Shown: positions 25,913 to 39,169 of the stretch, one piece after another
How positions within the stretch are numbered: position 1 is the stretch's first letter
Layout: each line of letters opens with the position of its first letter
NCBI RefSeq assembly: GCF_006345805.1
Contig: NC_043003.1
Span: 86,180,001 to 86,244,000 of the forward strand
DNA from: Octopus sinensis
Lineage: Eukaryota
DNA length: 64,000 bases
Direction of reading: 5' to 3'
The notes under the pieces: generated by a model
What the model was told of the DNA's origin: nothing
Databases searched by the model: none
Seen by the model: only the letters and a program-made list of their open reading frames with translations
Made by a program: the position numbers and the translations under genes

Positions 25913-26280
25913 AGTAATAATAATAACAATAACAATAATAATAATAATAATAATAATAATTAATAATGAAGAAGAAGAAGCAAACGAAGAAGAAAAGGAG
26001 AGGAGAAGAAGAGGAAGAAGAAGAATAAAAAGAAGAAGAAAAAGAAGAAGAAGAAGAGAAGAAGAAGAAGAAAAAGAAGACGAAGAAGAAGAAGAAGAAG
26101 AAGAAGAAGAGAAGAAGAAGAAGAGAAGAAGAAGAAGAAAAGACGAAGAAGACGAAGAAGAAGAAGAAGAGAAGAAGAAGAAGAGGAAGAAGAAGAAAAA
26201 GAAGAAGACGAAGAAGAAGAAGAAGAAAGAAGAAGAAGAAGAAGCAAAAGACGGAGCAAAAGAAGGAGAAAAGGAGAGGA

Positions 26281-26312
<32 letters not shown>

Positions 26313-26559
26313 CGAAGAAGACGAAGTAGAAGAAGAAGAAGCAAAAGAAGAAGAAAAGGAGAGGAGGAGAAGAAAAGGAAGAAGAAGAAAAAGAAGAAGA
26401 CGAAGAAGACGAAGAGAGAAGAAGAAGAAGAAGAAGAAGAGAAGAAGAAGAAGAAGAAGCAAAAGAAGAAGAAGAAGACGAAGAAGAAGAAGAAGAAGAA
26501 GAAGACGAAGAAGACGAAGAAGAAGAAGAAGCAAAAGAAGAAGAAGAAGAAGAAGAAGA
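25913..26559. repeat. (AAT)n grading into a ~590-bp (GAA)n polypurine tract
   Basis: Direct reading. Confidence 0.95.
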
Positions 26560-27110
26560 ATGTGTGAGAAGAGGGTCGAAAGTGTGACTCACACTGTTAG
26601 TGGTTGTGAAAGACTTGCGCAGAATGAGTTCAAGCGTAGGAAACGACAAAACAGCCCGAAACCTTTCACTAGCTACTATACCGTAAGTGTGGATATGAGG
26701 TTACGGGTGCTTGGTACCAACATACAAGATAATGGACTGAAAGGGAAGGCAAAAATCCTCTTGGACTTTGATTTCCAGACAGACAAAGTGTTAGAGCACC
26801 GAAGGCCGGATATAGTAACCTTTAAGAGGGACAAACAAGCAGTGCCAGGCGATCAACATGTCATCATAAAAGAAAGAGAAACATTGATAAATATGGAAAC
26901 CTGAAAATTGAGATCGCTAAAATGTGGCAGCTACAAGAGTCGCACATACATGTTATCTATTCCTGTTGTTATCGGAGTATTGGGTTCAATACCACCCAAT
27001 CTGAAAAATAAACATCTGAAAACTTCAGAGATGCCCTACAATCTGGATGTATTGTAAAAGTCGGCATTACTTGGAACTGCACGTCTATCTGAGGTCATTG
27101 TGGTGACTTG
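26558..27110 (+). mobile_element. R4/Dong-like 3' relic
   Basis: CEKRVESVTHTVSGCERLAQNEFKRR, LLDFDFQTDKVLEHRRPDIV, PVVIGVLG. Confidence 0.8.
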
Positions 27111-27184
27111 ACAAACAGTCAAACCTCCGCTAGATACCATATCTTCAATGAACAACTTCACAATATTGTATACTGTGCGACATC

Positions 27185-27215
<31 letters not shown>

Positions 27216-27238
27216 GTAATAATAATAATAATAATAAT

Positions 27239-30200
27239 ACAACAACACATACATATAAAATATGGAAGGAAAATAATAGAGATTTAGACTTGGATACAGC
27301 AATGAACCCTAATAAATTAGCTAACGTACGAAGATACATTCTCAACACAAAAAAAATATCAGAAATAGAAATAGAACACCTAAAAGAAAACATACACCAG
27401 GAAAATGTAGATAGAAGCCACACAACAATGCCCAATAATATAAACACTGAAACTGTAAAACACGAAGACAAACGCAACATTCCCAACAAACACGATGTAA
27501 ACAACGAAGGGGAGCCTAATGATTATGATAATATAAAAAATAAAATAATCAAAGAACTGAAAACCACAGAGCTCAAAATGGACCACCGACCATACCTCCC
27601 AAGAATCAAAATAAACGAAATAACACACCTATTATAAACAGCATAAACCTAGCCGTCACTGAACTGATAGCCACTGAATAAAAAAAAGTGATATCACTGA
27701 GCTAAATAACCTAATATACGCAGCAGCCACTGCAGCCACAAAAGAAGCTGGATACTCACCCAAACCCGCCCAAACAGGAGTACCACCACCCAAACAAACC
27801 CTGTGGATAAATAACATCCAAAGCAAAATAAAAAAAATAGAAAAGACCTGTCGATTCTTAATGAATCAGCAAAGAATCAACGCTACTACTAGCAACAAAA
27901 AGAGAACGAAAATACTCCGCAAATATAACATAACAGAAAAAGATTTGCCTGAAATAAAAGAAAAGCTGAAGCAAGATATCCTTGCCAAAGCACAAGGATC
28001 CGCCGGTACAAGAAACGCCAACGCTTCTTTGAAGAAAACAAAAAGTTCAACTCCAACCCCAAAAGTTCTACCAAGAACTGGCAAAAATAAAATAGAAGTC
28101 ACTGCAGCACCAACGGCAGAAGAATTGGAAGAATTCTGGGGAGAAATATGGTCGGCGAACGAACCACCAAAAAAAGAAGTATCAAAATAACAAACTCGGC
28201 ATCTGAACAATTTGGACCCCCCATAACAACTGAAGAGGTCACCCAGGCACTGCAAAGACTAAGCAACTGGAAGGCACCTGGGCATGACAAGATCCCCAAC
28301 TTCTGGTTGAAATATCTAACAGGAATGCACAAAAAGCTGGCTGAAAACTTTAACAACGTACTAGCAGAGCCAGAGACAATGCCTGAATGGCTCACGAAGG
28401 GGAAAACCATCTTAATTCCCAAATCAAATGAAACAGAAAAACCAGAAACTACAGACCAATAACCTGCCTCCCTACTATGTTCAAGGCATTTACTGCAGTG
28501 ATATCACAAAGGCTGAACAAGCACCTGGACGAAAACAAACTGTTCCCAGAAGAGCAGAAAGGATGCCGCAAAGGCTCATATGGCTGTAAAGATCAACTAA
28601 TGATTAATAAAGCCATAACTGAAGACAGCCACAGAAAGAAGAAAGGCCTCAGTATGGCCTGGATTGACTACAAAAAGGCGTTTGATAGCATCCCCCACAC
28701 ATGGATCCTCGAAACACTAGCCATTAACAAAGTAGCACCAACAATCATAAAATTCATAGAGCACTCTATGAATAAATGGCAAACAGTCCTACACCTCCAA
28801 ACAAAAGAGGGACTCATGAAAACCAAAGACATCCCCATTAGAAGAGGAATATTCCAGGAGATACGCTCTCTCCACTCCTTTTCTGCTTGGCACTGTCACC
28901 TCTATCTGATATGCTAATAGAACTGGATGCGGATATAAATGTTACGGCAAAACGATCAGCCACCTTTTATGTATGGATGACCTAAAACTATACGCTGCAA
29001 ATGACAAACAGCTGGAAACACTATTAAAGACAGTTCATGGATTTACCAAGAAATAGATATGAAATTTGGATTAGAAAAATGCGCCAAAGTAACCATGAAA
29101 AGAGGAAAACTAGTTAAGAGTAACAACATCACACTAGATGAAGCAAATGAATAAAAGAATTAGACCAAAGCCAAACTTACAAATACTTAGGAATCCATGA
29201 ACTAGATAAGACACACACACACACATGAAAGAGAAAATAAAAAAAGAATATTATAGACGAGTTAGATCAATACTAAACACAGAGCTCAATGCTAAAAACA
29301 AGATAATAGGTATCAACACTTTAGCTGTCCCAGTTATAAGTTACAGCTACAGCTACAATATCCTAACTGGACACGAAATGAACTGACCAAAATAGACAGG
29401 AAAACAAGAAAAATAATGACAGGATCTAGGATGCATCACCCAAAATCTGATATAGAAAGACTATATATACAACGTATAGAAGGTGGTAGAGGCCTTATAC
29501 AGCTGGAAAACTACTATAAAATAACCACCATAGGACTGCAAAAATATCTACTTCAGAAGGAAGGAAAACTGATCCAGATAGCGGCAAAACACGAGCAAAA
29601 CAAAAACTGTTCTCAGTATTTAAGGAAGCTGACAAATACAAACAAGAAATCATACCACCTAATAAACATGAAGAAGAAGAAGAAGATGAAGAACAACAAA
29701 AGCTATAAAAAAATGAAATCCAAACTAAAAATAGAACAGCAACGAACCGTGATAAAACGATGGCAAGAAAAGCCCCTTCATGGTAAATACTGGACTAAAC
29801 TAAACGCAAAAGAAATAGACAAAGAAAAATCCCAGCAATGGTTGAGAAGCTCAGGACTCAAAGCAGAAACAGAGGGATTTTTAATTGCAGCACAAGACCA
29901 AAGCCTCCCCACCAGAAATTACCAAAGACATGTAATGAAAAGAAATATTACAAGTAACTGTAGAATATGTGGAGATGGACAAGAAACAATAAATCATATT
30001 ATCTCTAGCTGCCCAGTCCTGGCTAAGAAGGAATATATTCACAGACATGACAGAGTTGGAACTTACATACATTGGAAGCTATGCCAACATTATGGAATAA
30101 CAACAGAAAAAAGATGGTATAGGCACACACCAGAAAAGGTCACAGAAAACGAGAAAGCAACCATACTCTGGGATATGCCGATACACACAGATAGAGAAAT

Positions 30201-30626
30201 TAAGGCCAACAGACCAGATATAGTTGTCAGAGACCATGAAGAAAAAAAATGCTTTCTAATTGATGTATCAGTACCGGCAGATGACAACGTGTCTCTAAAA
30301 GAAATGGAGAAACTCTCAAAATACAAAGACCTGGAAATAGAGGTAACTAGAATGTGGAATCTGAAACAGAAACAATTCCTATCATAGTAGGTGCATTAGG
30401 CATGATAAAAAAATATTCAGACAATACATAACAAAAACACCAGGACTTACAAACACATATAACATACAGAAAATTGCACTACTAGGCACTGCACACATCC
30501 TACGCAGAACACTTTCCATACAATAACCATCAGAGCATCACAACAAATCACAGTACATACCCAAGGCACACAGAGCTGCGCTCGGTAGTGAAGTGAAAGC
30601 ACGCTATAAAAATAAAAATAAAACTA

Positions 30627-30632
<6 letters not shown>
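27239..30632 (+). mobile_element. Near-full-length R4/Dong-like RLE non-LTR retrotransposon (frameshifted) between (AAT)n tracts
   Basis: LSNWKAPGHDKIPNFWLK, EQKGCRKGSYGCKDQL, AWIDYKKAFDSIPH, GIFQ, MDDL, HHPKSDIERLY, PLHGKY, CRICG..ETINHIISSC, RHDRV, WDMPIHTD..NRPDIVV..LIDVSVP..EKLSKYKDL. Confidence 0.92.
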
Positions 30633-30685
<53 letters not shown>

Positions 30686-30884
30686 GCAAAATACTCTCTA
30701 TGTAATCCCAAGGTTTAAAAGAAACCTTTTTCTTTAATGTATTAGACATTCACTAGTACAACACCAAAAAAACCCAAATACATGGCACACTAGGCATAAC
30801 AACAACGTGAACTTCCAACCTGTTGTCTCTTGAGGTCTCTGGGTGAGACTTGGAGCCAACTTGTACAGACATAAAGCAAAAGTC

Positions 30885-31011
<127 letters not shown>

Positions 31012-31563
31012 ATGCCCTGATGCAGTACCAGACAGTGGCTCTCATGGCTTCTGATCTTAACTGAGTGGGGGTGTTATCATGTACATTATTTTGTCTTGGT
31101 ATAAAAGATGGGCTACAGCGAATATTCTGCTTAATACCACATATTTCTTTGTCAGTTGTTTGACCATAACCAGTTGAGCATGTCCCTTGGTGGCTGACGA
31201 TATGTGCATCTTTGATCATGAGCAGAAGTAGTGGGGGAATATCATAGCCATATGTTGAGAGGGATCCTTTGGGGATGGGATAATTCACGTCTGGAAACAT
31301 AGGTAATTTCGTTCAACAACCTTAAAAACCCTTATTCAATAACCTTTTGAGCGGGGTGGGCTACTTAACCTCAAGAAAATCCTGACCTCCTGCAAGGCCA
31401 CGCGCTGTATATCTTGATATGCGATCACCATATCGCGCACATATGGTTGTGATGGATGTGCCTAGTGTACTCTTATCAGTCGGGTAGTCACGATGGCTAT
31501 ACTGGGCTTCGTATATTTTATCCCAGTGTCACTTTGACGACATGCACTGTTCTCTCACTCAAT
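31012..31563. mobile_element. ~555-bp non-coding interspersed element at (AAT)n, copy 1
   Basis: Aligns end to end with 49783-50340 (atgccctgatgcagtacca ... ctcactcaat); no recognisable ORF or TIR. Confidence 0.75.
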
Positions 31564-31696
31564 GATAACTGCCTCCCTCCACTCTTTCTCTTTCCCCTCC
31601 TCTTCCAATGGGTTCTCAGTACTACTGTAATCATTCACTCGAGAGGATAGCCATTTAACAGCTCTCTCCCAGTATCTTCTTCTTCTTATTATTATT

Positions 31697-32620
31697 AAGG
31701 CAGTTAGGTGGCACAATCGGTAGCAAGCCGACGAAATGCTTAGCAGAATTTCGTCCGTCTTTACGTTCTGAGTCCAAATTCCGCCGAGATCGACTTTTGG
31801 GGTCGATTAAATAAGTACCAGTTACGCACTGGGATCGATGTAATCCACCTAATCACTTCCCCCAAATTTGAGGCCTTGTGTTTCCAACAGAAAGGATTAT
31901 TAAGGTGGTGAGCTGGAAGAACCGTTAGCATACTGGACTAAATGCTTAACGGAATTTCGCGTGTTGTTACGTTCTGTGTTCAAATTCCGCCGAAGCCTAC
32001 TTCGCCTTTCCTTCTTTTGGGCCGATAAATTAAGTACCAGTGAAACACTGGGTCGATGTAATTGACTAGTCCCCTTCCCCCAACTGTCAGGCCTTGTGCC
32101 TTTAGTTGAAAGAATTATAATTATTAAGGCGGGATAAGGCGGCGAGCTGGCAGAATTGTTAGGACGCTGGACAAAATGCTTAGCGGTATTTCGCCCATCA
32201 TTTCGCTCCGAGCTGAAATTCCGCCGAGGTTTACTTTACCTTTCATTTTATCGGGTCGATAAATTAAGTACCGGTGGAATACTGGGGTCGATGTAATCGA
32301 CGAGTCCCCTCCCCCAAAATTTCAGGCCTTGTGACTATAGTAGAAAGGATTATTATTATTATCATTAAAAAGTGGCGTAATCGTTAGCATGCCGGGGAAA
32401 AATGCTTAGCGGCATTTCATCACGAGTAGAAGTACTGAGAGTTTATCATAGCCATGTGTTGAGAGGGATCCTTTGGGGATCTGAGTTCAAATTCTGCCGA
32501 GGTCGACTTTGTTGCTCATTATTTTGTGGCTGATAAAATAAGTGCTTGTTGACCCCTGGATTCGACGCATTCGATTTATTCACTGCCCAGATTTTACTGG
32601 CCCCCTGCCAAACTTTGAAA
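31697..32620 (+). mobile_element. Head-to-tail array of four family A SINEs
   Basis: Starts at 31697, 31902, 32126 and ~32367, each directly after an (ATT)n tail; shared gttctgagttcaaattccgccga core. Confidence 0.85.
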
Positions 32621-33149
32621 CCATTTTTCCGAAAGTGAACTGGTAGATTTATTTGTGCGTCGACAAACAAAATGTTTTGAGGTATTTGTTCTGTTACCTT
32701 ATGTTTTGTGTTCAAGTTTCATTTTATACTTTCGGAGCTTATAAAATAAAGTTCTAGTCAAGTAATGCTGTTGCAGTTCTTGAGACAAAATTTGAAACTC
32801 ATGTCTGTCTCTCCCTAGTATTAAAACTGAAGTTCAGAATAACAAAAATTGTGACTATAGCGATACTTTAAAAGAATGTCAGTAGAAGATTTTCACGAAA
32901 CCATTTATTATTTAGTCTTTTTGTATAAGAGAAAAGCAGGTCTTCAGCCTAATGAGGAAAAAAATCAATAGTAGTGTTGCAGCAAAATCTGAAGAAGCAG
33001 AAGAAAATATCAAACTTTGAGTGGGAAGGTTGTTATAAAATCGTTTGACTTACGTATGCATATATGTGTTTCTGGGTGCATTATTGTTTATATCTATACA
33101 CATGGTTGCACGTATATTTTAGATAGATATATGTGGGTGTGCAGATATG

Positions 33150-33150
33150 C

Positions 33151-33189
<39 letters not shown>

Positions 33190-33272
33190 CATACATGTAT
33201 AAAACAACATAAATATAAGTATACAAATATGCGTACATATATGCATTTATATATGTATATACGTGTAATATA

Positions 33273-33326
<54 letters not shown>

Positions 33327-33477
33327 TAGATGAGAAAGTTGGTTCGTGAAAGCAAACTATATCATTGTAAGAAAAAAATTATAATATTCTTCAGACATAT
33401 TGACTCAAATATATATTTTTTAACCTTTTAAAACAAGCCTTCTGTAGTCTTTTCACTTTTTACTATTTTCTTTATAT

Positions 33478-33569
<92 letters not shown>

Positions 33570-33672
33570 CACACCATATATATACATACATATATACATG
33601 AACATATATATATAATATATATATATATATACACCTATATATGTGTATATATATATATATATTATATATATA
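33150..33672. repeat. (TA)n/(TG)n microsatellite cluster
   Basis: Direct reading. Confidence 0.9.
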
Positions 33673-34062
33673 TACTAGCAGTATCGCCCGGCGTTGCTCG
33701 GGTTTGTAAGGGAAATAACTATAAAGTATTTTTAGAGAGTTATAGCCAAAAAATAGCAAAAAATGGGGGAAAAATTATGGTAAATTTTTTGAGAGTTAAA
33801 AAGGTCGAGTTGCGTCCCCTAGACAGTCTGTGGTTTGTGTTTCTGATTGTCGACCCCATGTCGAATTTATCGATTTTTTCAGAACTGGGGGAACTTTTCA
33901 AAATTTTCTCTGCGTTAGTTTTGAATTATGACATTGGGCTATGTGTGTGTCAAGTTTCATCAGAATCGTTTGAAAGCCGTGGTCAGGGTGAGGGTACAAC
34001 CTAACAACACACAGATACGCACACAGACAAACTGCCGTTTATATATATATATATATAGAGAT
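33673..34062 (+). mobile_element. Non-autonomous Helentron-like (HINE/DINE-1-type) element in (TA)n
   Basis: 5' TACTAGCAGTATCGCCCGGCGTTGCTCGGG with subterminal hairpin; internal aagtttcatcagaatcg; 3' cacagacaaactgccgtttatatata..gagat. Confidence 0.55.
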
Positions 34063-34163
34063 ATAACGGAAGCTTTATGAAAATAGACAAAAGACGAAGG
34101 CAGGTGGAAAACAAACAAACAATTGTATTAGTATGGCGCTCAGGAAATATAAATAAAACAAGT

Positions 34164-34236
<73 letters not shown>

Positions 34237-34974
34237 CCTTTTACATTATATACGTTGTGCATATATACACCCACACATATGGATGTTTATATCTGCATGC
34301 ATTCATTGAAAATCTTTATCCTTGAATGATTGCAGCAAATTCATAGCCACTAATGTTGGCGCAACACCAGAAGTTTTAAGAACAGAGTTTTAATTAAAAA
34401 GATCAACACTAGTTCGTCACTGGTACAGTATTTTGTCGATCCTGGTCTGATAGAAAGCACACTTCAGAAACTTAAATGGCAAAATTAGCTCCCATTTCTC
34501 AAATGCCAATCACCCTTTTTCATTATTTTCAACTTAAGTACTTTTGAACCTCACCAGACTCTACAACCCAAAATATCACCAATCTTCTAGTCTTCATTCT
34601 TCCTCTTTTCCTCATCATCATTACCATCATCTTAGTTTTCTCTTCTTCCCCTTCTTCATCTTCTCCGTCCTCTCTACACTTCCTTCCTTTCTTATTCCTT
34701 CCTTCCAATGTTTCATCTTCCTGTTTGCTTCCTTTGCTCAAATAGTTAATGTTTTGTTCAATCAACTAAAATATCCTTTCTGTAAACTCACACATTTATA
34801 TTACAACCACTAAATTTCCTACAAAAGCTGAAACAAAGCATTCATACATACATAAATACATACATACATACATACATACATACATACATAATACATACAT
34901 ACACACACATGTACATACATACATACAAACGTACACACTTATATACGTACGTACATAGATACGTACATACATAA

Positions 34975-35190
34975 AACTGACGATCAGTGAAAAAATAGAA
35001 CATCCACGCTGAGAAATCTGCAGTTACTCTATCGGATAGAGTCTATCCAGATTACAAGTTCAGGTTTATACTTATAATCACTGGGGCCTTGGGATATGTA
35101 ACACACTGCCTATAGATCTAATCCATCACTGGAACTGTTAAAATCTGTAAAACTTTCCAGATGTTTATCATTTGAATATATATATGAGCA
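34975..35190 (+). mobile_element. Small RLE-LINE C-terminal relic
   Basis: Translates YKFRFILIITGALGYVTHCL, the RLE-LINE PI..GALG motif. Confidence 0.4.
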
Positions 35191-35786
35191 ACTATATGCA
35201 TGAAAATACATATATAAAGCAAAACATACAAATCTGCACGCATACATACGTATATACATACATGCATTCATGCATACATACATACATACATAGATATATA
35301 CAAAAATACCCTGTTGTTGACGTTAGGTTAGAAACCGGCTCTTTCTCTATTGGCAGGAAATCTTGAAATAAAACTGAACAATGACATACATTCATAGGCA
35401 TGCAATTTATATGTACGTATATACTGGAATACATCGGCTTAACCATTTTTCTGGCTCAAACATATGATCGTCAGGTGATAGATTAAGTGTGAAGCAAATT
35501 GATCATTAAAACGACAGCTATTAGCGCTTTTACTACAACATAAATATCTAATTTGTCATTTACGTATAGCAATAACATTATTTCTTTTTAATTATTTTAT
35601 CAAAACCTGAACTTATGCTACTCGTTTGTGCTCATCATTTGATATGTCTTTGTCGCACGTATTTAGTTCACTTGAAATAGAACTATTCCTATGTTTTCTT
35701 TTCAAATGTTTAAGAGTTCCTTGTTCCTATGTCAGTCTTGGTTTTCTTTATGAATTTCACCATAGGAATTCTTTCTCAATCCTTTT

Positions 35787-36187
35787 AAGGCGGCTGCCTG
35801 GCAGAAACGTTAGCACGCCGAGCGAAATGCTTAGCGGTATTTCGTCTGCCGCTACGTTCTGAGTTCAAATTCCGCCGAGGTTGACTTTGCCTTTATCCTT
35901 TCGGGTTCGATTAAATAAGTACCAGTTACGCACTGGGGTCGATATAATCGACTTAATCCGTTTGTCTGTCCTTGTATGTCCTCTCTGTATTTAGCCCCTT
36001 GTATGTAGTAAAGAAATAGGTATTTCGTCTGCCGCTACGTTCTGAGTTCAAATTCCGCCGAGGTCGACTTTGTCTTTCATAATTTCGGGGTTGATAAATT
36101 AAGTCCAAGCTGCGTGCTGGGGTCGATCTAATCGACTGCCCCCGTCAAAAAAAAATTCGGGCCTTGTGCCTAGAGTAGAAAAGAATA
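35787..36187 (+). mobile_element. Dimeric family A SINE
   Basis: Full monomer, then a second monomer lacking the A-box head, joined at aaagaaatag|gtatttcgtctgccgctacg. Confidence 0.85.
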
Positions 36188-37269
36188 TGACTTATGAAAT
36201 AATCTCTCTTTGCTCTCGTTACTAAAATGGACTCTGCTTTACGCAGATAGTTGGTCTCTTATTCAGATACCACCGATTAGTTCTACCGACACCTCTGGTC
36301 ATTCATGTTGCTTTCACGCCCGACCCAGTACTTACAATTATGCCTACTTCTTTCCCAGCAGAAGATCGTCCTTTTCAAATCTCTCTACTCTACGGGTTGA
36401 CTTCCAACACTTTAAAGAGAATAAATAATTGCATCAGTTTCACCGGCCTAGATGTGTCTACAAGTGTCATAGGCACCGGCTCAACCTCCAGACTCAGTAA
36501 GAAGAACAAAACATATGCCATCGATACGTTTTAATTAAATAGAGTTCCACAGAACAAAACTGAATAAGACATATGCGTGTAATAATTTACACGTTCATAT
36601 ATACTCGAATAGGGAAGGAACCTCCGCGGAGGAAATAGTCTCGGGAGAAACTGCGGCTACATCCGCAATGAGAGGTCTTTCCATGTCTGAATGTACACAA
36701 GCAAGCTAAATACGAATGTACAATCATATATATTATTGATTGCAGCTTCATGTAAGTTCAATTAATTAGTTCCAACCTGAATGAGCCTGACGCTCATAAA
36801 GGACTTCCGTTCATAAAGGGCTGTGAAAGCTGATTTCGTCTGCGTGACTGATAAAACGTAATGGTACGGACACACATGAGACTTAATTTTCGATGGCGTT
36901 ATTCGTTCATATGTTGTGTGTGAGAAAAAAGTTTCTTCCGAAGCGATAACCGCAGAAAAGTATCTTCCTATGTTGGAATGTATTAAATGTATTAAATATG
37001 TATAAATATGATTGTGCACACACATATATATATATGTTTAAAATTATGATATAGATAAGATCTTCTAATATTTTGCGTAAAAGATATATTTCGCAGCGCA
37101 AATATTCATCTAATATTTTTCGATGTTGGTATTGTGTTGGGTTTGCAAAGAACCAGGTAATATTATCTCCACGGTAGTAACAAAATGGCGCAAAAATTTG
37201 TCTTCAAGTACAGAAGCAGTAACCTACGATCTATGTTTCCTTGAATCTGTAGCTTTTGTAGCAATATAT

Positions 37270-37460
37270 ATAGGATAGATCGTTCGCCACTACACACACT
37301 TTTTCTCTCCTTGTTTTTTTTTCTGTGTCCCTTTCTGTAGAAGAGCGTAGGCTCGAAACGTAAAAGACTTTTTCTATTCCTGAGCGTTATACTAATACAT
37401 CTGTTTGTTTTGTACACCACCTGTCTTCGTCTTTTGTTTTTTTCGTAAACTCTCCCTATA
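37270..37460 (+). mobile_element. Penelope-like terminal-repeat fragment ending in (TA)n with a variant hammerhead motif
   Basis: 37331-37366 cttt-CTGTAGA-a-gagc(gtag)gctc-GAAA-cg-TA-aaag. Confidence 0.5.
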
Positions 37461-37468
37461 TATATATA

Positions 37469-37515
<47 letters not shown>

Positions 37516-38194
37516 CATATATACATATACGCATACACATACATACATACATATGCATACATTTATGTATGTATGAATGTATGCATGTATACACAAGTCT
37601 GCAATTACGTTACTATATTGGAACCACTGTCATATTAATAGTGATGTGAATATAAATATGAGAAGAAATTTACATTATAATGATAAATAAAAAACGAAAG
37701 AATAGGTAAAAGAAAAAAATTAATGTTAAATGAGAAAAGTAGCGCAAGGATAGTTGAGAAAGTTTAGGATGTTTAACGAAGTAATGGTGTCTCTAAAAGG
37801 AGCAAATGAGAATTCAAAAATACACACATACAAGCACATACACACACATACAAACACTCACGCGGGCGGGCGCATGCACAGACATACAGTAAAAGACAGG
37901 GAATGTATAATTATAAAAATCTCGGAAGAAAATAGGAAGTTTCTCAGGAGAAATAGGCTAAGAATATTAAATTTCATGTCTATTTACCAATTACTACGCT
38001 AGTTCATAAGAAAAGTTAGACGAAGATTGGTTTCACAGAAAGATTTGATGGTGAGAATCCCGCACACATGAAGGAATAATTGGAATGTTGAACTATATTG
38101 AACTATCTATACAACAACTTTTTGAATCTGGAATCCTGGTTCGAGTCTGATTTACATAATTTCAGACTTTGATAAAATATATATAGTTCCCAAA

Positions 38195-38480
<286 letters not shown>

Positions 38481-39169
38481 ACGTTTAGATGTATATACAT
38501 GTATATACTTGTAGATATCTGCATTCCTCTAGAATGCTTACGTATAATGGAATTATCACTTCGGTTAGAATGCGTGGTTTCATAATACCGTTGCCTGGCA
38601 ACAAACTATTTTGATATTCGAATTATTGTTGAAATTGTTTTATGGTGAACTGTGAACATTTTGCTAGAGTTTGCTATTTCTGTTACGGTTTATTATAAAT
38701 TTCCTTTCTCGTCTCTTCATTTTCGAAATCGCGCTAGATTTACGTGTTCTTATTGTTGCTTAGGTTCTAGCTCGACCTTATTCAAGCAAATATATGACAT
38801 AAGCATTCAAATAACTATAGATATGTGATTTTATCTATTAGCTGCCGGTTTTGATTCTTAGTCTTTCGTTCTCCTTTTCATCTTCATTATTATCATTTGT
38901 TTTTGTGGAGTAATGTCAACATTGCTACGTAGAAGTCATTCCTTTCAGCCCATTAAGAAATGTTTTATTTTGAATTTTTCTTTTCTATTTATTTTTAGAG
39001 ATTTTGTTGTTTTAACCTTTTCCATTTTCTGCGACACTTTGTGCACATTCCACTGCAACCATTAGCTATTTCACGTCATACAATAATGGAATAGTGCTAA
39101 AGGTTGGTAATGTTATAGGGCTGTGTTTACTCCCTTGCTTCAGATATTAGATGTTTTTTATAAATATTC

